Positions 1 through 8,326 of a DNA stretch of 64,000 nt are shown here, piece by piece. The stretch comes from an uncultured Acidobacteriota bacterium (GTDB taxonomy: Bacteria > Acidobacteriota > Thermoanaerobaculia > UBA5066 > Gp7-AA6): contig CAVXTP010000014.1 of assembly GCA_963764715.1 (NCBI GenBank), forward strand, positions 128,001 to 192,000, read 5' to 3'. The position numbers were made by a program, and so were the translations under genes. Every line of letters starts with the position of its first letter. Within the stretch, counting starts at the first letter, position 1. The notes under the pieces were generated by a model, which ran no database searches, was not told where the DNA came from, and was given only the letters and a program-made list of their open reading frames with translations.

Positions 1-689
1 GCCGTCCCCTCGGCCGCGCGGGCGCGGCCGTAGGCGCGCGCGTCGCGGAAGGCTTTCTTCAGCTTCTCGAGGGCTTCGTCGCGGGCCTTCTCCTGGGCCT
101 TGACCGACCTGCTCGCGTCGGGCGACCGGTCGATCGCGAGGGAGGGCCACTCGACCGTGATCGCGGCCGGCGCCTTGAGCGTCGCGTCCTCGCGCGTCCA
201 GCCGTCGAGCTTCATCGCCGCGACGCTGCCGGAGACGATGCCGCCGCCGGGCGTGATCCCGGCGAGCAGCACGCCGCCCGAGCGGGCCACGGGCAGCAGC
301 TCCGAGTCGAGATTCATGGCCACGTCGGCCCGGGCCGCCGGGTTGATCTCGCCGAGCTCCTCGACGTCGAGCATGGAACGGACCGCCGAGATCTCCTCGA
401 GGCCCAGGACCGTCAGCGGCGGGAAGAGCGGCGGATAGACGTGCCGGCCGGCGCCGTCGACGACCGGGACGCCCGGTGGCGGAGCGGCGCCCGGCGCGAC
501 CGACGCGATCTTCCCGTCCCGGACGACGAGGGTGCCGTTGGGAACGTCGGGCCCCGAGACCGGGTGGATCGTCGCGCCGACGATCGCGAAGACGGCCGGC
601 GGCGGCGGCGCGGTCGGGGGAGCGGGGGTCTGCCCCGCGAGCCGCGCCGCCGACAGCGCGAGCAGGACGGCGAGGATCCGCGGCTTCAT
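1..689 (-). CDS. Secreted amidohydrolase family protein, 5' part (runs off the window start)
   Basis: ATG at 689 overlaps the upstream stop (ATGA) and has a GGAGG SD. Reads MKPRILAVLLALSAA...AIVGATIHPVSGP...GTLVVRDGKIASVG...HVYPPLF, the typical N-terminal beta-sandwich of amidohydrolases. Not in the ORF track because it is partial. Confidence 0.8.
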   Translation of the reverse strand, partial: MKPRILAVLLALSAARLAGQTPAPPTAPPPPAVFAIVGATIHPVSGPDVPNGTLVVRDGKIASVAPGAAPPPGVPVVDGAGRHVYPPLFPPLTVLGLEEISAVRSMLDVEELGEINPAARADVAMNLDSELLPVARSGGVLLAGITPGGGIVSGSVAAMKLDGWTREDATLKAPAAITVEWPSLAIDRSPDASRSVKAQEKARDEALEKLKKAFRDARAYGRARAAEGT

Positions 690-3412
690 CGCGCGCCTCC
701 CTCTTTCGCGCCCTCGCCGGGCTTGCCCTCGTCCCGGGCGGCCTCGGCCCGGATCTTCGCCTTCGCGACGAGGGCCGCGCGCTCGGCCTCGCGCTGCGGA
801 CGCGCCGCGAGGTCGGCGGCGCGGTCGAAGTACTTCTTTCCGTCGATCCAGGTCTCGAGCGCCACCGTCGTGGTCGACATCGGATCGCCGCTCCAGACCA
901 CGAAGTCCCCGTCCTTGCCGGCCTCGAGCGAGCCGACGCGGTCCGCGATGCCGAGCTGCCGGGCGGGATTCGAGGTCACGAACGCGAGGGCGTCGGCGGG
1001 CGGCACCCTTCCGTACTTCACGGCCTTGGCGGCCTCCAGGTTGAGGCGCCGGGCGAGCTCGTCCGAGTCCGAGTTGAAGGAGACGAGCACCCCGCGCTCG
1101 CGCATGAGCGGGAACGCGTACGGGATCGCGTCGAACACCTCGACCTTGTAGGCCCACCAGTCCGAGAAGCCCGACGCCCCGGCCCCGTGGCGGGCGATCT
1201 CGTCGGCGACCTTGTAGCCCTCGAGGGCGTGCTGGAAGGTCCCGACCTTCACGCCGAATTCCTCGGCCGAGCGCATCATCTGCAGGATCTCGTCCTTGCG
1301 GTAGGAGTGGCAGTGGATCGTTCGCTTGCCCTCGAGGATCTCGGCGATCGCCTCGAGCTGCAGGTCCGGGCGGGGCGGGATCGGGCGGGCGCCCTTGACC
1401 GCCGCGGCCTTCCGGTACTCCTCCTGCCGGCGCCGGTAGTCGCGCGCCGCCTGGAACCTTTCCCGGATCGACTCGGCGACGCCCATCCGCGTCGCGGGGT
1501 ACCGCGGCTTCGGGTTCCTCCAGTTGGACTGCTTCGGGTTCTCTCCCAGCGCGAACTTGATGCCCGGCGGCGCGCCGGCGAAGATCAGGTCGTCGGGCCC
1601 GCCGCCCCACCGCCACTTGACGATCTGATTCTGCCCGCCGATCGAGTTGGCCGAGCCGTGCAGCACGTTGGCGACGGTCGTTCCGCCCGCGAGCTCGCGG
1701 TAGATGGCCGGGTCGAGCGGCGAGAGGACGTCGCGGACGCGGACCTCGGCGGTGACGTTGTGGGTCGACTCGTTCGTCTGGTCGTCCATCGCGGAATGCG
1801 AGTGCGCGTCGATGATTCCGGGGGTGACGTGCCTGCCGCGGCCGTCGACCTCGAGCGCGCCGGACGGGGCCGCGAGGCCCTTCCCGACGGCGACGACCCT
1901 TCCGCCGACGACGAGGACGTCGGCGTCCTCGAGAACCCCGGCCGGGCCCTGCGTCCACACGGTCGCGCCGCGCACGACCACGGCCGAAGGCGCCGCCACC
2001 GGCCCCGCCTCGCGCGCCGGGGCCGGCCGCACGTCCGGCGCCGCAGCGACTTTCGGAGCCCCGGGCGCCGCCGGTTTCTTCTCGGGGAGGTCGATTCGCT
2101 CGCCGTCGATCCAGATCTGGGACACCGCGCTGGTCTCTTCGAAGGGAGCCCCCGTGCGCACGACGAGGCTCGCCACCTTGCCCGCCTCGAGGGTTCCGAG
2201 CCGGTCGGCGAGGCCGAGCTGCCGCGCCGGCACGGTCGTGACCGCGGCGAGCGCGTCGTCCGGCGACAGGCCGCGGCCGATGGCCTCGCGCACGCGCTCG
2301 TCGAACGTGCCGATCTCCTCGAGCCCGGCCGTGGTGAACGAGAAGGATAGGCCCGCGTCCCGCAGCCAGCGGGGATCGGACGGCGCGCGGTCGAAGGCGC
2401 GCAGGCGCGTCATCGAGACGTCGAGCCACTCCTCCTCGCGATCGAGCTTGTCGGGCTGCGGGAAGGCGACGCGCAGGACGAGGTCGGGGCGCGCGGCCGC
2501 GACCTCCGACAGCAGGCGGTACTCGTCGCCGGCGGCGACGAACCGGGCCTTGACCTTCATCTCGTTCGCCACGCGGGCCGCCCGCAGGAGCGACAGCACG
2601 TCGGTCGTCTCGAACACGACGGTCTCGCGCCCCTCGGCCGCCGGCACGAGCGCCGCCGTCGCCGCGACGAAGCGGGGCCGCGCATTGCCCGACGGGGACG
2701 CGGCGTACGCCGCCTCGGCGTCCCGCCACCAGAGCGCGTCGAGGAAGGCCTGGCGCGTGACGGCCACGCCACCCATGTTCGACGTCGGGTAGGTGTCGTC
2801 GTCCGGGCCCTTCATCGCGACGATCTGTCCGTTCGAGGGATCGAGGATGCGGCCCGAGAGGGGGCCGTCGGTCAGGCTGACGACGGCTCCCTGCCCGCGC
2901 AGGACTCCGGCCGACGGGACCGCCGCGACGACCCCGAAGCCCTGGCGCCGAAGCTCCTCGGCGACGTCGTCCTTGATCGCGAGCCCGTCGAGCGCGCGCT
3001 CGTCGGCGCGGACGGCCGCCACGGGATGCGCGGCCGGCCCGGTTTCGCGGGGCGCGGACGACGGCGCCGGCTTCGGCGTCTCGTCGTCCTTCGGGCGCTT
3101 CGAGGGCCGGCCCGCGAGACGGTCCGTGGTGACGTACGGGTCGATGAACGCCGCGTGGACCACCTTGCCCGACACGTCGATGACGGCGGCGTCGGCCGGA
3201 ATCGCCGTCGCCGAGGCGGGGCCCACGGCCTCGATGACGCCGCCGCGCACGACGACGACGCCGGCCTCGATCGTCCGGCCGGGGGCGACGATGACGCGGC
3301 CGCCGGTCAGGGCGTAGGCATTGCGGTCCGTGGAGGCGGCGACGGCGCCCCGGGGAAAAACGAGCGACGAGAGAAGCAGGCCGGCGAGAAACCGTCGGGA
3401 ATGTTGGTGCAT
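686..3412 (-). CDS. Secreted tandem-domain amidohydrolase (imidazolonepropionase-like)
   Basis: Signal peptide and two amidohydrolase repeats. The second has PGIIDAHSH, HCHSY, FQHALE, FNSDS and GSLEAGKDGD. The first lacks the HxH motif (FIDPYV). Confidence 0.85.
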   Translation of the reverse strand: MHQHSRRFLAGLLLSSLVFPRGAVAASTDRNAYALTGGRVIVAPGRTIEAGVVVVRGGVIEAVGPASATAIPADAAVIDVSGKVVHAAFIDPYVTTDRLAGRPSKRPKDDETPKPAPSSAPRETGPAAHPVAAVRADERALDGLAIKDDVAEELRRQGFGVVAAVPSAGVLRGQGAVVSLTDGPLSGRILDPSNGQIVAMKGPDDDTYPTSNMGGVAVTRQAFLDALWWRDAEAAYAASPSGNARPRFVAATAALVPAAEGRETVVFETTDVLSLLRAARVANEMKVKARFVAAGDEYRLLSEVAAARPDLVLRVAFPQPDKLDREEEWLDVSMTRLRAFDRAPSDPRWLRDAGLSFSFTTAGLEEIGTFDERVREAIGRGLSPDDALAAVTTVPARQLGLADRLGTLEAGKVASLVVRTGAPFEETSAVSQIWIDGERIDLPEKKPAAPGAPKVAAAPDVRPAPAREAGPVAAPSAVVVRGATVWTQGPAGVLEDADVLVVGGRVVAVGKGLAAPSGALEVDGRGRHVTPGIIDAHSHSAMDDQTNESTHNVTAEVRVRDVLSPLDPAIYRELAGGTTVANVLHGSANSIGGQNQIVKWRWGGGPDDLIFAGAPPGIKFALGENPKQSNWRNPKPRYPATRMGVAESIRERFQAARDYRRRQEEYRKAAAVKGARPIPPRPDLQLEAIAEILEGKRTIHCHSYRKDEILQMMRSAEEFGVKVGTFQHALEGYKVADEIARHGAGASGFSDWWAYKVEVFDAIPYAFPLMRERGVLVSFNSDSDELARRLNLEAAKAVKYGRVPPADALAFVTSNPARQLGIADRVGSLEAGKDGDFVVWSGDPMSTTTVALETWIDGKKYFDRAADLAARPQREAERAALVAKAKIRAEAARDEGKPGEGAKEGGAR

Positions 3413-3509
3413 GACGGGGCGGGATTCTATGCGAGAGGGCGCGGGATTCGCGTATGCTTCGCGGCTGCGGCGCCCCCTCGGCGCCCGTCATTTGAGGAGG
3501 AACCAGACG

Positions 3510-4148
3510 ATGATTCGACGCAACCTGATTCTTGGAACGATCGTGGCACTCGCGGCGGCCACGGCCGTCACCGCCCAGGATCGCAAGCCCCTTTCCCCGG
3601 CGGGCACGGCGAGCGCGATGGTCGGGGGCACCTGGAGCGCGCCCGACAAGGACGGCAACAGCAAGTACGACGGCGGGAAGTGGCTCGAGGTGACCTACAG
3701 CCGGCCGATGCTTCGCGGCCGCACGGACATCTTCGGCAAGGGCGCCGACTACGGCAAGAAGGTCTCCGACAACGAGAAGGTCTGGCGCACCGGCGCGAAC
3801 GCGACGACGAAGCTGAAGACCGAGGCTCCGCTGATGATCGGCGGCAAGCGGATCGAGCCCGGATCCTACGACGTCTTCGTCGAGCTCAAGGAGCCGGCGT
3901 GGACCCTGATCCTCTCGACGCAGCCGACGCAGGACAAGTACGACCCGAACGACAAGACGAAGATCTGGGGCGCCTACGGCTACGACCCCAAGTTCGACGT
4001 CGTGCGCGTGCCGATGACGATGCTCCAGCCCAAGGCCTCGATCGACCAGTTCACGATCGCTTTCGTCGACATGACGAACGACGGCGGCAAGCTCGCCATG
4101 GCCTGGGAGAAGACCGCGGGCGTCGTTCCCTTCACCGTCGCCAAGTAG
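3510..4148 (+). CDS. DUF2911-like secreted protein
   Basis: GAGGAGG SD, then MIRRNLILG signal peptide. Motifs LSP, VTYSRP..RGR.IFG and VWRTGANATT. Confidence 0.8.
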   Translation: MIRRNLILGTIVALAAATAVTAQDRKPLSPAGTASAMVGGTWSAPDKDGNSKYDGGKWLEVTYSRPMLRGRTDIFGKGADYGKKVSDNEKVWRTGANATTKLKTEAPLMIGGKRIEPGSYDVFVELKEPAWTLILSTQPTQDKYDPNDKTKIWGAYGYDPKFDVVRVPMTMLQPKASIDQFTIAFVDMTNDGGKLAMAWEKTAGVVPFTVAK

Positions 4149-4161
4149 GTCTCTGCACGCC

Positions 4162-6144
4162 GTGAACAGAGTCGGGGCGGCCCTTGCGGCCGCCCTCGTT
4201 TTGACGGGCGCCGCCTCCGGGGAGGACCGCGCCATCCCCTTCTGGCCGAACGCGGTGCCCGAGGCCATCCACGCGGAGGTCGACGGCGTCGCGACGCTCG
4301 AGACGGTCCGCCAGCTCGCGCAGTTCCACCGGGTCCAGGGCTCGCCGGGCTTTGCGGCCGCGGCCGAGCTCATGAAGCGCAAGGCGATCGCGGCGGGACT
4401 CGCGGACGCCTCGATCGAGCGGTTTCCGGCGGACGGGAAGACGAAGTACGCGCACTTTCTCTCGCACGTCGGGTGGGACCCGGTGTCGGGCCTCCTCGAG
4501 GAGGTCGCGCCGACCCCGCGCATCGTCGCCTCCTTTCCGGACCTGCCGGTCGCGCTCGCCGATTACAGCCAGGACGCCGACGTCACGGCCGAGCTCGTCG
4601 ACGCGGGCGCCGGCACCGACGCGTCCGACTACGCGGGCCGCGACGTGCGCGGCAAGATCGTCCTCGCCGACGGGACGCTTCCGGTCGTGCACCGTCTCGC
4701 CTGCGAGGAGCGGGGAGCGGCGGGCTTTCTCTCGGCGTACCCGAACCAGAAGACCCCCTGGTCCGGCGACGACCGCGACCTGATCCGCTGGGGCCACCTC
4801 TCGCCCTATCAGGTCCAGAACCGATTCGCCTTCATGGTCTCGAAGCGGCAGGCCGAGGACTACCGGGCGCGCCTTGCGGCCGGCGAGAAAATCGTCCTGC
4901 GCGCGCGCGTGAAGGCGAAGATGGTCCCGGCGAGCTACGACGTCGTCGTGGCGACCCTCCCCGGCACCGACCCCTCGGCGGGCGAGATCGTCGTGACGGC
5001 GCACCTCTGCCACCAGTCGGCGGGCGCCAACGACAACGCCTCCGGCAGCGCGGCGATCCTCGAGGTCGGCCGATCTCTCGCCGCGGCGGTCCGCCGCGGA
5101 ACGCTGCCGCGGCCGAAGCGGACGATCCGGTTCCTCTGGCTTCCCGAGATCACCGGCTCGCAGGCGTACCTCGTGCGCCACCCCGAGCTCGTCAAGGCCT
5201 TCGTCGCCGGAGTCCACATGGACATGGTCGGCGGCGTGCTCTGGACGACGAAGGGCACATTCCACCTCTCGCGCACGGCCGAGACCCTGCCCCACGTCGT
5301 CAACGCCGTCGCCGAAGCCTGGTTCGACCAGGTCGTCGCCGCGTCCCGGAGCTACGCCGAGGGCCGGGAAGCGAGTGCGTACGCCGGCTTCGTCTGGCCG
5401 CCCGGGTCGCGCGAGAGCTTCCTCGGCGACGTCCGGGCGATCGAGATGGGCAGCGACCACGAGGTCTTCGAGGCCGCGGGATTCCGCGTGCCGATGGTCT
5501 ACTTCCACGACTACCCCGACGTCACGATCCACACGCAGAAGGACCTGCCCGAAAACCTCGACGCGACGAAGCTCGGCCGCGTGGCCTACATCGGGGCCGG
5601 CACGGTCTGGACGCTCGCGGCGTTGCCCGACACCGAGGCCCCGCGCCTGCTCGCCGTCGCGCGCGCGTCGGTCGAGCGGCAGGTGCTGGCGCGCGGGGCC
5701 GCCCCGGGACCCGACCCCGCGCTCGCCGCGCGCGAGGCCATCGCGTCCGGCATCGGCACGCTCGAATCGCTCGCGCGCCTCTGCCCGTCGGTCGCCCCCG
5801 ACGTCGCGAAGGACGTCGAGCACCTGCGGGCCGCGATGCCGCCCGCGCCTCCCGCCTCCGACCGCCGGCGGCCGCTGAAGAACCCGGAGATCCGCGGGCC
5901 GCTCAACGTCTACTACTACGATTACTTCGCCGACATCCCGGGCGCCAACCTGACCGGGATCGCGCTCGCGGCGCGGCCGGACGGCGAGGTCCTCGCCTAC
6001 GAGGCCATCAATCTCGCCGACGGCACGCGTTCGGTGTCGGAGATCCGCGACGTCCTTTCGGCCCGTTACTCCCCCGTCGAGACCGCGGCGGTCGCCGAGT
6101 ACTTCGACCGCCTGGCGAAGGCCGGCGTCGTCACCTACCGGTGA
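4162..6144 (+). CDS. Secreted M28 family peptidase with PA domain (DUF4910-like)
   Basis: Motifs AHLCH, GANDNASGSA, LPEITG, HMDMVG, SDHEVF and IHTQKD; signal peptide. Confidence 0.85.
   Translation: MNRVGAALAAALVLTGAASGEDRAIPFWPNAVPEAIHAEVDGVATLETVRQLAQFHRVQGSPGFAAAAELMKRKAIAAGLADASIERFPADGKTKYAHFLSHVGWDPVSGLLEEVAPTPRIVASFPDLPVALADYSQDADVTAELVDAGAGTDASDYAGRDVRGKIVLADGTLPVVHRLACEERGAAGFLSAYPNQKTPWSGDDRDLIRWGHLSPYQVQNRFAFMVSKRQAEDYRARLAAGEKIVLRARVKAKMVPASYDVVVATLPGTDPSAGEIVVTAHLCHQSAGANDNASGSAAILEVGRSLAAAVRRGTLPRPKRTIRFLWLPEITGSQAYLVRHPELVKAFVAGVHMDMVGGVLWTTKGTFHLSRTAETLPHVVNAVAEAWFDQVVAASRSYAEGREASAYAGFVWPPGSRESFLGDVRAIEMGSDHEVFEAAGFRVPMVYFHDYPDVTIHTQKDLPENLDATKLGRVAYIGAGTVWTLAALPDTEAPRLLAVARASVERQVLARGAAPGPDPALAAREAIASGIGTLESLARLCPSVAPDVAKDVEHLRAAMPPAPPASDRRRPLKNPEIRGPLNVYYYDYFADIPGANLTGIALAARPDGEVLAYEAINLADGTRSVSEIRDVLSARYSPVETAAVAEYFDRLAKAGVVTYR
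4171..4197 (+). repeat. REP-like palindrome inside the signal-peptide coding region
   Basis: GTCGGGGCGGCCCTTGCGGCCGCCCTC matches the intergenic element at 16945-16971 at 25 of 27 positions. Confidence 0.5.
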
Positions 6145-7172
6145 AGATCGCGCAGATCGCGTCGATCCGGTTCCCCGTCCCCCCGCGTTCCCATGGCGGG
6201 ACCGAGCTCGCGATCGACCTTCTGACCCGGGGACTCCTCGCGCGCGGGCACCAGGTCACGCTCTTCGCCTCCGGCGATTCGACGGCGCCGGCGACCCTGC
6301 ACGCGGTCGTCGCGCGGGCGGCGACCGAGGACCCGGCCTCGACGAGCTACCTCGAGAACGAGCACGAGGCGCGTAACGCCGCCGAGGCCTACCGCGCCGC
6401 CGACCGGTTCGACGTGCTCCACTCCCACTGGCCGACGCCGGCGGCCTACTTCTCGGACCGGACCGCGCGCCCGAGCGTCATGACGTACGCCTACATGGAG
6501 AAGCCCCTTCACGACTATTACCGGGCGAATTACCCCGGCCTCCAGGGCGTCTGCATCAGCGAGGCGCAGAACCGGATGCTCGGCGGCGGCCTGCCGGTCA
6601 TTCCCTACGGCGTCGACGTCGATCGGATCCCCTTCGGCGCCGCGCCGGAAGAGTTCCTGCTGACCGTCGGCCGGCTCGTGCCGCACAAGGGAGCCGACCG
6701 GGCGATCGCGATCGCGCGCGCCGCGGGGCTTCCGCTCGTCATCGTGGGCGCCGTGACGCCTTACCTCGCGGAAAGCGAGCCTTTCGCCCGCGAGCGCGTC
6801 CTCCCGCACGTCGACGGCCGGAGGGTCGTCCACCACGAACAGCTCCCCAACGCCGAGGTGCTGTCCCTCATGGCCCGCGCGAAGGCCTTCCTCTTCCCGA
6901 TTTCCTGGGAGGAGCCGTTCGGCCTCGTCGTGGCCGAGGCGATGGCCGCCGGCACTCCCGTCGTCGCGACCCCGGCCGGCTCGTTGCCCGAGCTCGTCGA
7001 GCACGGCGTCACCGGTTTCCTCGGCCGGACGGACGAGGAGCTGGCCGCCTTCGTCCGCGAGGTCGGCCGCATCGACCGCGCGGCCTGCCGCCGCCGGGCC
7101 GAAGAGCGTTACAGTGCCGGACGCATGGCCGCCGACTACGAGGCGCTTTACCGAAGGCTCGGGGCGCGATGA
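6141..7172 (+). CDS. Glycosyltransferase family 4
   Basis: GTGA-coupled start. MKIAQIA...VPP..HGGTE, HQVTLFASGDS and EEPFGLVVAEAMAAGTPVVA. Confidence 0.9.
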   Translation: MKIAQIASIRFPVPPRSHGGTELAIDLLTRGLLARGHQVTLFASGDSTAPATLHAVVARAATEDPASTSYLENEHEARNAAEAYRAADRFDVLHSHWPTPAAYFSDRTARPSVMTYAYMEKPLHDYYRANYPGLQGVCISEAQNRMLGGGLPVIPYGVDVDRIPFGAAPEEFLLTVGRLVPHKGADRAIAIARAAGLPLVIVGAVTPYLAESEPFARERVLPHVDGRRVVHHEQLPNAEVLSLMARAKAFLFPISWEEPFGLVVAEAMAAGTPVVATPAGSLPELVEHGVTGFLGRTDEELAAFVREVGRIDRAACRRRAEERYSAGRMAADYEALYRRLGAR

Positions 7173-8323
7173 GCTTCGACTTCTCGCCCGAGAACCTCGA
7201 CCGGGAGTTCCCGGTCCGCCGGAACCTCGTCTACCTCAACCACGCGGCCGCCTCGCCCTTGCCCCGCCGCGTCGCCGACGCGATCGTCGCGCACGTCGAG
7301 AACGTCCGGGACCGGGGCATCGCGGACTGGCGGCGGCACTACGGCGACGTCGAGAAGACCCGGGCGAAGGCGGCGCGCTTCATCGGCGCCGCGCCCGAGG
7401 AGATCGCGTTCCTCCCGAACACCTCCTGGGCGGTCAACCTCGTCGCCCTCGGCTTTCCGTGGCGGAAGGGCGACAACGTCGTCACCGACGACATGGAGTT
7501 TCCCTCCAACGCCTACCCCTGGCGCGCGCTCGAGCGCCGCGGCGTCGACTGCCGGGTCGCCGTCAGCCACGGGGGCCGCGTCACGCTCGATTCGCTCGCG
7601 GCCCTCGTCGACGCGCGCACGCGGGTCGTCGCCGTCTCCTGGGTGGCCTTCCACAACGGCTTCGTCTTCCCGCTCCGGGAGATCGGCGCCCTCTGCCGAA
7701 AGCACGGGATTCTCTTCTTCGTCGACGGGATCCAGGGCCTCGGGCTCCTCCCGGCCGACGTCCGCGGCGCCGGAATCGACGTCCTCGCGGCCGACGGCCA
7801 CAAGTGGCTCTACGGCGCGGAGGGCGGCGCCGTCTTCTACGTCTCCGAGAAGGCGCGGGACCGCGTGCCGGCGATCGCGTCCGGCTGGTGGAACCTCAAG
7901 ACCGAGGGCGACTACCTCGAGTACCGGGCCTCGCCGTACGAGGGCGCGCGGCGCTACGAGCCGGGCACGCTGCCGATCGACCACGTCCGGGGCCTGTCGG
8001 CGTCGCTCGATCTCCTCGAGGAGATGGGCGGCGAGGCCGTCCTCTCGCGGGTGCTCGGCCTCGTGCGCACGCTCGCCGAGGGCCTCGACCGCCGCGGCTG
8101 GAAGATCGCCACGCCCGAGCCGTTCGCGTCCGGGATCCTCGCCGCGCGCCCGCCGGGCGGCGAGGTCGCCCGGTGGGCCAAGGCCCTCGAGGGGCGCGGC
8201 ATCATCGTCGCCCCGCGCGAACGCGCCGTGCGCTTCTCGCCCCACGCCGGCAACGACGAGGGCGAGATCGAACGGGCCCTGCGGGAGATCGACCAGATCG
8301 CGAGCGTCACCGGAACAGGCTGA
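7169..8323 (+). CDS. Aminotransferase class V PLP enzyme (cysteine desulfurase/C-S lyase-like)
   Basis: YLNHAA, EFPSN, VDGIQ, DGHKWLYG (PLP Lys), RYEPGT and VRFSPH. Confidence 0.88.
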   Translation: MSFDFSPENLDREFPVRRNLVYLNHAAASPLPRRVADAIVAHVENVRDRGIADWRRHYGDVEKTRAKAARFIGAAPEEIAFLPNTSWAVNLVALGFPWRKGDNVVTDDMEFPSNAYPWRALERRGVDCRVAVSHGGRVTLDSLAALVDARTRVVAVSWVAFHNGFVFPLREIGALCRKHGILFFVDGIQGLGLLPADVRGAGIDVLAADGHKWLYGAEGGAVFYVSEKARDRVPAIASGWWNLKTEGDYLEYRASPYEGARRYEPGTLPIDHVRGLSASLDLLEEMGGEAVLSRVLGLVRTLAEGLDRRGWKIATPEPFASGILAARPPGGEVARWAKALEGRGIIVAPRERAVRFSPHAGNDEGEIERALREIDQIASVTGTG

Positions 8324-8326
8324 GGC

